This document shows, one piece after another, positions 28,355 through 35,813 of a DNA stretch of 35,813 nucleotides (positions are counted from its first letter, which is position 1; every line of letters starts with the position of its first letter). A model generated the notes under the pieces. It was given only the letters and a program-made list of their open reading frames with translations. It was not told the origin of the DNA and ran no database searches. The stretch lies in contig JAUWIL010000003.1 of the NCBI GenBank assembly GCA_030605385.1, positions 1 through 35,813 of the forward strand, written 5' to 3'. A program made the position numbers and the translations under genes. The stretch is from Methanobacteriota archaeon. Lineage in GTDB: Archaea > Halobacteriota > Syntropharchaeia > JAUWIL01.

Positions 28355-28398
28355 CACCGGTCAATAGATCAATAGACCGGTAGCATGTAGGTTTCAAT
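28355..28398. repeat. Dispersed 36-bp direct repeat, copy 1 (with an internal 8-bp duplication)
   Basis: CACCGGTCAATAGA(TCAATAGA)CCGGTAGCATGTAGGTTTCAAT, just after the gdhA stop. Confidence 0.85.
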
Positions 28399-28718
28399 GG
28401 TGGGAGACATCCTATCTAAAACCATTTATAGAGGTTAGTGCCGCTGCCCGACAAGAACTATCTGGTGGATCATCCGCACCTGAATATCCAGGGCTGCGCT
28501 GTAGGAACAAGAGGATTGCTATAGGATGTGGAGGCTGATGCATCCTATAATCTCGGTGAATTAAGTGTTGTAGTAGGAGCGGGGGAGTTGCCAGAAGATG
28601 TGGAGGCTGGCCCTGATACTGCAATCATAGCGGCAGTATGTATAGCAGCAGTATGATTACCGTATGAAAAGATTTATGATGTAAACAATATGTTGATGGT
28701 TATTGTGGGTACACAAAT

Positions 28719-30146
28719 ATGAGCGGCATCTTTGGTGTAGTCTCTGAAGAGGATTGCTCAGAGCTGTTATTCTACGGCACTGACTACCATTCTCACATGG
28801 GCACGGAGTTTGGAGGTTTGGCAGTTTTCGGGAAAGATGGAATAACCAGAAAAATCCATGATATACGGAGCGTTCAGTTTAAATCTATCTTTTACGACGA
28901 CTACAAAAAAATGAAGGGCAAGTATGGCATAGGGGTCATCTCAGCTCAGGAGGAACAGCCCATTTACCTGAATTCAAAATTTGGGCCTCTTGCTATCTGT
29001 ACAAACGGCAGGATTGGGAATCTGGATAGACTGGTCGCTGTGCTGCACAAAAAAGGGATCTCCTTTAGCGAGGTTTATGAAGGTTCTGTGAATCCAACCG
29101 AAGTAGTGTCAAAGCTGATAAACCAAGGAAAAAGCATCGTGGATGGAATTGAGAGCGCACAGAGCAAAATCGATGGTTCCTGCTCCATCCTGCTGCTGAA
29201 CAGCGAAGGGATATACGCTGCGCGTGATAGACTTGGTTATAGCCCTCTGGTAATAGGCAGAAAAGAGGGGTTTTGGGCTGTTACATCTGAAACAGCGGCT
29301 TTCCCCAACCTTGGATTCGAAGTGGAAAAGTACCTTAAGCCCGGCGAGATTGTATTGGTGAATGAGCGCGGGCCAAAGCAGAAGAGGGTAGGCAGCACTA
29401 CAAACCATATCTGCGCATTTCTATGGATCTACACGGGGTTTCCTGCATCCAGCTATGAGGGAATTAACGTTGAGAAGGTACGAATGAGATGCGGTGCCGC
29501 TCTTGCCAGGCGTGACTGTGTAGAGGCTGACATAGTAGCTGGAGTGCCAGACTCTGGAACTGCGCATGCAGTCGGATATGCAAATGAGTCAAAAATACCC
29601 TTTGCAAGACCCCTTATAAAATACACTGATGGGTGGGGCAGAAGCTATACACCCCCATCGCAGGAAGTTAGAGATATAGTTGCGACGATGAAATTAGACC
29701 CTATCAACGACCTGATCAAGGGTAATAAAATAATCCTATGCGATGACTCGATTATTAGGGGAACACAGTTGGGGAATTCCACCCTTCAAAAGCTGTGGAA
29801 GAATGGGGCTGTAGAGGTACATGTGAGGGTGGCTTGCCCTCCGCTAATGTGGCCGTGCAAGTATAATGTCTCAACAAGAAGTATAGAGGAGCTGGCAGCG
29901 CGCAAGGCTATTGAAGTGCTTGAAGGCAGGGATGTAGAGAATGTTTCAGAATATCTCGATCCGGACTCTGAGAAGTACAAGCGGATGGTTGAGGAGATCA
30001 GAGAGGAAATAGGTGCAACCTCCCTAAGATATCAGCGCCTGGATGACATGGTCGAAGCCATAGGCATACCGAAAGAGGATTTGTGCCTGTACTGCTGGAC
30101 AGGGGAATCTCCAAAATCTCACCACATCAGGCTATCAAGTTTTTAA
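28719..30146 (+). CDS. purF: Amidophosphoribosyltransferase, variant lacking the N-terminal Cys
   Basis: Glutaminase-like N-domain (NG, ARD.LG..PL..G), GVPDSG, PRPP loop CDDSIIRGT and Fe-S cysteines (CAF, CKY, CLYC); N-terminus is MSGIFG. Confidence 0.9.
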   Translation: MSGIFGVVSEEDCSELLFYGTDYHSHMGTEFGGLAVFGKDGITRKIHDIRSVQFKSIFYDDYKKMKGKYGIGVISAQEEQPIYLNSKFGPLAICTNGRIGNLDRLVAVLHKKGISFSEVYEGSVNPTEVVSKLINQGKSIVDGIESAQSKIDGSCSILLLNSEGIYAARDRLGYSPLVIGRKEGFWAVTSETAAFPNLGFEVEKYLKPGEIVLVNERGPKQKRVGSTTNHICAFLWIYTGFPASSYEGINVEKVRMRCGAALARRDCVEADIVAGVPDSGTAHAVGYANESKIPFARPLIKYTDGWGRSYTPPSQEVRDIVATMKLDPINDLIKGNKIILCDDSIIRGTQLGNSTLQKLWKNGAVEVHVRVACPPLMWPCKYNVSTRSIEELAARKAIEVLEGRDVENVSEYLDPDSEKYKRMVEEIREEIGATSLRYQRLDDMVEAIGIPKEDLCLYCWTGESPKSHHIRLSSF

Positions 30147-30176
30147 TCCATAGCCTTATTTTAAACTGTGGAGAAC

Positions 30177-30212
30177 CACCGGTCAATAGACCAGTAGCAT
30201 GTCGGTTTCAAT
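30177..30212. repeat. Dispersed 36-bp direct repeat, copy 2
   Basis: CACCGGTCAATAGACCAGTAGCATGTCGGTTTCAAT, two substitutions relative to copy 1; just after the purF stop. Confidence 0.85.
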
Positions 30213-30651
30213 ATTGACCTAATCATAGTGGAAGCAAGGGAGCGGTTTATGAGTGGGATGCACTGTATGGATACTCCCGAGGAAAAACGCCGAATAATGA
30301 GTGGGGAATATATATAGGTATTTGGGGGGAGGGTAGAAAAGATCGAACGGGTTGACTGGCTCGTTCAGGGAACCGATATGTTTCAATAGAACCGAGAGTG
30401 CTGCGACCTGTAGTAGCGCTTACTATGCCAGCCTGCCTTCTCCCGCATTGTGTATAAGCCATTGTGTGGGCATGACATTGTTCAGGCATAAAATACCTCG
30501 TGTAAGCGCAAGTGTGCAGTTATAAGAGTACATAGGTATAACACCGTGCATGGGCATAAGATACGTGACGAAAGAAAAATATAGACTCAGGACAAATGTG
30601 GACTAAAGGTTTTTCTTTTAAAAAAATAAACAAGCTGGAAATGAATTGATC

Positions 30652-32259
30652 ATGAAGTTCATATTCGTAACAGGCGGCGTGATGAGCGGTATCGGTAAAG
30701 GCATAACGGCAGCCTCTGTCGGACGACTTCTGAAAAGCTACGGCATATCAGTCACCTCCATAAAAATTGATCCTTACGTAAACGTAGATGCCGGAACGAT
30801 GAGTCCATATCAGCACGGAGAGGTCTGGGTAACCGAAGACGGCGGAGAGATCGACCTTGACCTGGGACACTATGAGCGATTCCTGGATCAGAGCATACCA
30901 AAGGACCATAACATCACCACCGGTCAGATTTACCAAACCGTAATAGGGAAAGAAAGACGGGGCGAGTATCTGGGACAGACCGTCCAGATCATCCCCCACA
31001 TCACAAATGAAATAAAACGCCGCTTTAAAGCAGTCGCGGAGCATACAAAAGCCGACGTAGTTATTATCGAGATCGGAGGGACCGTTGGGGACATTGAAAG
31101 TGAGCCGTTTCTGGAGGCTGCACGTCAGGTAAGAGGTGATGAAGGGGTTTCAAACACACTATTTATCCATGTAACACTTGTTCCCATCTCCAAAACAAAA
31201 GAACAAAAGACCAAGCCAAGCCAGCACTCAGTGGCTAAACTGCGCGAACTCGGTATCCAGCCGGACGTTATTGTCCCGCGCTGCTCTGAAGTTCTGATGC
31301 CGGATGCAAGATCGAAAATTGCACTTTTCTGTAACGTACCTGAAGAGGGAGTCATCTCAGGATATGATGTTGACCTCATATACCGCATTCCCCTGATCTA
31401 CCATGAAGAGGGTTTGGGGGACTTCATCGCGAAAAGACTCGGTCTCAAGGTCAAGAAGAGAGAGATGGGTGAATGGAAGAAGATAGTGGAACAATTCGAA
31501 AAAACAGACAAAGAAGTCACAGTAGCCATGGCAGGAAAATATGTGGAGATGGAAGATTCATATCTCAGCCTGAATGAGGCGCTGCGCCATGCCGGTGCGC
31601 ATTTTGGCGCACGGGTCAACATCAAATTTGTGGGTACAGAAGCGTTCGAAGAAAATCCAGAAGAAGTCGGCAGTCTTGATGAAGTGGATGGCATACTCGT
31701 ACCCGGAGGATTCGGTGAGCGGGGGAGCAGGGGCAAGATTCTTACGATTCAATACGCAAGAGAGAACGACATCCCCTACCTGGGTCTCTGTTTCGGGTTC
31801 CAGCTTGCCGTGGTGGAGTATGCAAGAAATGTCGCCGGGCTGGAGAAAGCCAATTCATCTGAGATAGATGCGAACACCCCGCATCCGGTTGTTGACCTTC
31901 TCCCAACACTGAGGGGAGTTAAAGATATGGGCGGCACCATGAGATTGGGAGCACAGCCGATCAAGATCAAAGCCGGTACAAAAGCCTTTGACATATACAA
32001 CCACCAGGAGGTTATTCTGGAGCGCCACCGGCACAGATATGAAGTTAATCCCAGATATATTCCCACCTTGAAAGATAATGGATTGGTGTTCTCGGGCGCC
32101 GCTCCGGATGGGAGAGTGGAGATTATCGAGTTGGATGAACACCCGTTTTTTATGGCAACGCAGTTCCATCCGGAATTCAAATCCAGACCCGGAAAGCCGT
32201 CTCCAATTATCAGGGCATTCGTTGAGGCAGCCATTAGCAGGCGGTATGGCGCACAGTGA
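30652..32259 (+). CDS. pyrG: CTP synthase
   Basis: [58 protein letters not shown] and QFHPE. Confidence 0.98.
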   Translation: MKFIFVTGGVMSGIGKGITAASVGRLLKSYGISVTSIKIDPYVNVDAGTMSPYQHGEVWVTEDGGEIDLDLGHYERFLDQSIPKDHNITTGQIYQTVIGKERRGEYLGQTVQIIPHITNEIKRRFKAVAEHTKADVVIIEIGGTVGDIESEPFLEAARQVRGDEGVSNTLFIHVTLVPISKTKEQKTKPSQHSVAKLRELGIQPDVIVPRCSEVLMPDARSKIALFCNVPEEGVISGYDVDLIYRIPLIYHEEGLGDFIAKRLGLKVKKREMGEWKKIVEQFEKTDKEVTVAMAGKYVEMEDSYLSLNEALRHAGAHFGARVNIKFVGTEAFEENPEEVGSLDEVDGILVPGGFGERGSRGKILTIQYARENDIPYLGLCFGFQLAVVEYARNVAGLEKANSSEIDANTPHPVVDLLPTLRGVKDMGGTMRLGAQPIKIKAGTKAFDIYNHQEVILERHRHRYEVNPRYIPTLKDNGLVFSGAAPDGRVEIIELDEHPFFMATQFHPEFKSRPGKPSPIIRAFVEAAISRRYGAQ

Positions 32260-32300
32260 TCGATGGGTTGTACAAAACCGCACAAAACCAATAAGTAGTA

Positions 32301-32402
32301 TAAGTCTAAAAATAAGTCTAAAACAGCATAAGTCACTTATAACTGTAGTCTAAGTCACTTATAACTGTAGTCTAAAATAGTATAGGTCACTTATAATGTC
32401 TA
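32301..32402. repeat. Cluster of short direct repeats upstream of the ferritin-like gene, including TAAGTCACTTATAACTGTAGTC x2
   Basis: 22-mers at 32329 and 32351, a degenerate third copy, and TAAGTCTAAAA x2. Confidence 0.8.
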
Positions 32403-32426
32403 ATATATATGTTTGGAGGTGTAGTT

Positions 32427-32711
32427 ATGCTTTCAGTAATACCCGTGAATATCGATAAGTTAGAGAAAAATACTCTCGACATGGAAATTTTGAGGCTCGG
32501 AATGATAGCTGAACTGGATGCCGTAAACCTCTACGAGCAACTTGCTGCAAAGACTGATAACAATGACATCAGGAAAATTCTGCTGGACATAGCAAAAGAG
32601 GAGAAAACGCATGTTGGGGAGTTCCAGACTCTGCTGCTGAGAATGGATGCCGAACAGGTCAAGGAACTGGAGAACGGAAAAAAAGAGGTTGACGAAGAAC
32701 TATCAAAATAA
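32427..32711 (+). CDS. Short ferritin-like protein (encapsulated-ferritin / half-rubrerythrin type)
   Basis: [12 protein letters not shown] and [12 protein letters not shown] di-iron ligands; GGAGGTG RBS before ATG 32427. Confidence 0.88.
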   Translation: MLSVIPVNIDKLEKNTLDMEILRLGMIAELDAVNLYEQLAAKTDNNDIRKILLDIAKEEKTHVGEFQTLLLRMDAEQVKELENGKKEVDEELSK

Positions 32712-32724
32712 TGGGAGTTTAGAT

Positions 32725-33102
32725 ATGACAGAAAAGTTACAAGTATATAAATGCAGTATTTGCGGTAATATTGTTGAGGTTCTGCATGCAGGGAAGGGAC
32801 AGCTTGTCTGCTGCGGACAGCCGATGGAACTGCTTCAGGAAAAGTCCAAGGATACCGGGATGGAGAAACACGCGCCTGTGATTGAAAAAACAGATTCCGG
32901 AGTAAATGTAAAGGTCGGTTCAGTTGCACACCCGATGGAGGAAGACCATTATATAGAATGGATAGAGGTAATTGCCGACGGCAGTGCCTACAGAAAATCC
33001 CTTGCACCTGGCAATGCGCCAGAAGCGAGCTTTGGTATAAAAGCAGACAAAATTACCGCAAGAGAGTACTGCAGTGTACATGGGTTGTGGCGGTCAGGTT
33101 AA
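32725..33102 (+). CDS. dfx: Desulfoferrodoxin (2Fe superoxide reductase)
   Basis: YKCSICGN...CCGQPM desulforedoxin domain; EKHAP, HPM, HYIEWI and CSVHGLW. Confidence 0.96.
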   Translation: MTEKLQVYKCSICGNIVEVLHAGKGQLVCCGQPMELLQEKSKDTGMEKHAPVIEKTDSGVNVKVGSVAHPMEEDHYIEWIEVIADGSAYRKSLAPGNAPEASFGIKADKITAREYCSVHGLWRSG

Positions 33103-33320
33103 TTCACTTGAGCCATAACCGCAACTCTCCATTACCGTAGTAATCCATGTTAATCTACGTAATCTATGGTAATCTACGATTAATCCACAGGCTGGCAATC
33201 TACATGCTGAATTTGGCTGAATTTTATAGGTTAGGTGGAGTGTGCAATGCTGAAAGGCGCTGCCTGACAGCACCTTTATTTCTTTAGCCTGTAAACTACT
33301 ACAAACTAAAGTTTGTAGCG

Positions 33321-33397
33321 TTTACAAAATTGCTTGATGATGTGCTGCATTCACCCCCGTCTTTAAAGGCGGAGCGTTCTGCAAGCAATTTTGTAAA
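33321..33397. mobile_element. 16-bp inverted repeat enclosing a hairpin resembling an IS200/IS605-family end (possible non-autonomous remnant)
   Basis: TTTACAAAATTGCTTG (33321) and CAAGCAATTTTGTAAA (33382) flank GCATTCACCCCCGTCTTTAAAGGCGGAGCGTTCT. The IS assignment is from recalled resemblance only. Confidence 0.45.
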
Positions 33398-33551
33398 TGA
33401 TGCGGGTAGCGCAGGCGTTTGCCGCAAAAGTTGTCGAGCTGCCGATTCGCCATAATAGGGTTTAACTATAACAGGTGTTAGAAAGAAGTTAATATAAGTG
33501 GATAAAATTAAGTGAATAAGGTATAGAGCCTACAGAGGAGCTGTAACGATC

Positions 33552-34745
33552 ATGTATCTGACAAAGGAAGAGGAAGGAATGCTGGCAGGGGAGCAGGGAG
33601 ATGTCATAGAAAGGCTCTTCCGCCTTCTGGTGCGCCTGGGAGATATATACGGAGCCGACCGCATGATACCCATAGGCTCGGCGCAGGTTGCAGGAGTGTC
33701 ATACAAATCGCTGGGCATGCCGGGGCTGGAGTTTTTGGAGGACTACGCCAGACAGGGTGCCAGAGTACGAGTACTAACATTTCTCAACCCTGCAGGCATG
33801 GACCTCGAGAACTGGAAAGAGCTTGGATTTCCTGATGAGTTTGCCAAGATGCAGACACGAGTTATGGATGCTTTCAGGAAAATGAGGATAATAATCACGT
33901 CAACCTGCACCCCATACCTGGCTGGAAATCTGCCGCGCTACAGGGAGCATATCGCATGGTCAGAATCATCAGCGGTCTCCTTCTCCAATTCGGTTATAGG
34001 TGCGCGTACTAACAGAGAGGGGGGACCCTCGGCACTTGCTGCGGCAGTATGCGGAGTGACACCCAACTACGGTCTGCATCTGGATGAGAAACGCACACCT
34101 GATCTCGTGGTGAGACTTGGCAAAGATGTCAAGCTGGAGTTTAACTCGGATTTCGGCGCTCTAGGCTACTATGTTGGGCGTCAGGTCAAGAACAAGATAC
34201 CCTATTTCACGGACATGAAAAGTGCCAACACCGACCGGCTAAAGGCGCTCGGTGCCGCCATGGCTGCCTCCGGGGCAGTTGCGCTGTACCATATTGAGGG
34301 GCAGACACCTGAGGCTCAGCTTATGGACACTACAGGTCTTGAAGAAATAGATGTGAGCCAAAAAGATATCGACGAGACCTATGCAGAATTGAGTACCACC
34401 AGAGAGCCTGATATTATCATCTTCGGCTGTCCGCATGCCTCACTGCGCGAGATTGCAGCTCTCGCCGACAAGGTGGAGGGTAAAAAGCTGAAGAAGCCCG
34501 TATGGATATGTACATCGCGCATGATGAAAGAGGCTGCGACGAGAATGGGATTCACCAGGACTATTGAGGATGCCGGCGGATATATAGTTGCAGATACATG
34601 CATGGTGGTCTCACCAATAGAGGATATGGGATACAAAACCACAGGCGTCAACTCAGGTAAGGCGGCAAACTATTTGCCAGGTTTCTGCAAGCAGGAGGTC
34701 GTGTTCACCAATATTGACAAACTGCTGGAGGCGAGTTTAGAATGA
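33552..34745 (+). CDS. Phosphomevalonate dehydratase large subunit (aconitase X, DUF521)
   Basis: MYLTKEEE, AGVSYKS, TCTPY, AWSESSAV..NSVIGARTNREGG, GCPH, DTCMVV and NSGKAA. Confidence 0.92.
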   Translation: MYLTKEEEGMLAGEQGDVIERLFRLLVRLGDIYGADRMIPIGSAQVAGVSYKSLGMPGLEFLEDYARQGARVRVLTFLNPAGMDLENWKELGFPDEFAKMQTRVMDAFRKMRIIITSTCTPYLAGNLPRYREHIAWSESSAVSFSNSVIGARTNREGGPSALAAAVCGVTPNYGLHLDEKRTPDLVVRLGKDVKLEFNSDFGALGYYVGRQVKNKIPYFTDMKSANTDRLKALGAAMAASGAVALYHIEGQTPEAQLMDTTGLEEIDVSQKDIDETYAELSTTREPDIIIFGCPHASLREIAALADKVEGKKLKKPVWICTSRMMKEAATRMGFTRTIEDAGGYIVADTCMVVSPIEDMGYKTTGVNSGKAANYLPGFCKQEVVFTNIDKLLEASLE

Positions 34746-35125
34746 AGGGGAGAAGCATCTGCCCAGGCAGTGCCGAAGGGACAGCTATTGTATCGCGCGA
34801 ACCAATAGGATTCTACGGCGGCATCGATGCGAAGACAGGTATAGTGATAGAAAAAGGGCATGAACTGGAGGGCGAGTCGGTCAAAGATAAGATACTCGTA
34901 TTTCCATGCGGTAAAGGTTCCACGGTGGGCTCCTACGTAATATACGGACTCAAGATAAATGGCGTCGCACCGAGTGCCGTTGTCAACAAAGAGACCGAGA
35001 CCATTGTTGCCACGGGTGTCATTCTTGCGGGCATTCCATGCGTCGACGGTATAAACATCGATGAGATAAAAAGTGGCGATAATCTGGTTGTTGATGCCGA
35101 TAACGGTGTGGTCAATAAAAAATAG
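34742..35125 (+). CDS. Phosphomevalonate dehydratase small subunit (aconitase X swivel domain, DUF126)
   Basis: GFYGGID..TG, HEL.G and ILVFP.GKGSTVGSY; overlaps the large-subunit stop. Confidence 0.92.
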   Translation: MKGRSICPGSAEGTAIVSREPIGFYGGIDAKTGIVIEKGHELEGESVKDKILVFPCGKGSTVGSYVIYGLKINGVAPSAVVNKETETIVATGVILAGIPCVDGINIDEIKSGDNLVVDADNGVVNKK

Positions 35126-35180
35126 GGCTGAAATTCCCCAATAAGATATGTGATTCGGCAGTGGCACAAGTTGGTCGATT

Positions 35181-35813
35181 ATGTCTGATGGAATAACAAT
35201 ACTCAAGATCGGCGGCTCGGTAATCACGGATAAAAAGCAGCCGAGAACGCTCAACCGAGATGCACTTTACAGGATAGTGGGCGAGATATCAGAGGGTCAA
35301 CATCATGCGCTGATCCTCGTGCACGGAGCCGGCTCGTACGGGCACCCCCAGGCAGTGGAAAAAGGTCTTGGAACGCCTGAAAGCAGACTCGTCATACACG
35401 AGACCGTGAAGGAACTTAACAGCCTCGTTGTCAATGCTCTTGTAAATGCGAGAGTCAACTGCGCTCCTGTGCATCCAATGAGCTGCACCATTCTGCAAAA
35501 TGGCAGGATTGCGTCAATGATGACCGGGCAGATCACGGCGATGTTATCCCTGGATGTGGTCCCTGTGCTGCATGGTGATGTGGTATTGGATGCCGTAACG
35601 GGCGCATCCATACTCTCGGGTGATCAGATTGTTTCGCATCTGGCGCGCGATGTGCATGCATCATATGTTGGATTGGGCTCCAATGTAGATGGAGTGCTGA
35701 ACGTTGATGGAAAACCCATATCACGTATAACGCCTGGCACTTTCAATGACGTTAGGGGTGCAATAAGCGGCTCGGGCTCGATGGATGTCACATCAGGCAT
35801 GCTGGGGAAGGTG
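35181..35813 (+). CDS. ipk: Isopentenyl phosphate kinase (partial; runs off the window end)
   Basis: My translation: MSDGITILKIGGSVITDKK...LVHGAGSYGH...VPVLHGD...ILSGD...DVTSGMLGKV; open to the window end, so absent from the ORF track. Confidence 0.93.
   Translation, partial: MSDGITILKIGGSVITDKKQPRTLNRDALYRIVGEISEGQHHALILVHGAGSYGHPQAVEKGLGTPESRLVIHETVKELNSLVVNALVNARVNCAPVHPMSCTILQNGRIASMMTGQITAMLSLDVVPVLHGDVVLDAVTGASILSGDQIVSHLARDVHASYVGLGSNVDGVLNVDGKPISRITPGTFNDVRGAISGSGSMDVTSGMLGKV

Noticed and set aside
28355-30212. GTTTCAAT-containing 36-mers as CRISPR repeats or integron attC sites
   Set aside because: Only two copies 1.8 kb apart; GTTTCAAT is at the wrong end for a typical repeat; no RYYYAAC/GTTRRRY core pair and no integrase.

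Overview
Archaeal chromosomal segment, most likely from a Methanomicrobia/Halobacteriota-type methanogen or alkane oxidiser (inferred from mfnA, mfnB, csl4, rpoL, dph2, thi4 and prepilin peptidase). Most of it is housekeeping: methanofuran and thiazole synthesis, serA, gdhA, purF, pyrG, a ferritin-like protein plus desulfoferrodoxin, and the lower archaeal modified mevalonate pathway in two blocks (mvk + UbiD-type decarboxylase; AcnX dehydratase large and small subunits + ipk). The most unusual signal is non-coding: arrays of alternating variable-stem hairpins with fixed linkers and ~50-54 bp period (16751-17067, 18224-18335, and a second scaffold at 22407-22538), many with GNA-type triloops in either orientation. 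Also notable are a three-gene coiled-coil cluster sharing a CdvA/SHOCT-like G-x-[IM]-S-x-x-[TS]-Y motif (18523-21354), an AT-rich two-gene island (11055-12071), a purF lacking the catalytic Cys and bracketed by direct repeats, and many short intergenic tandem duplications. I saw no rRNA, tRNA or CRISPR array. All product calls come from motif recognition by eye; no searches were run.
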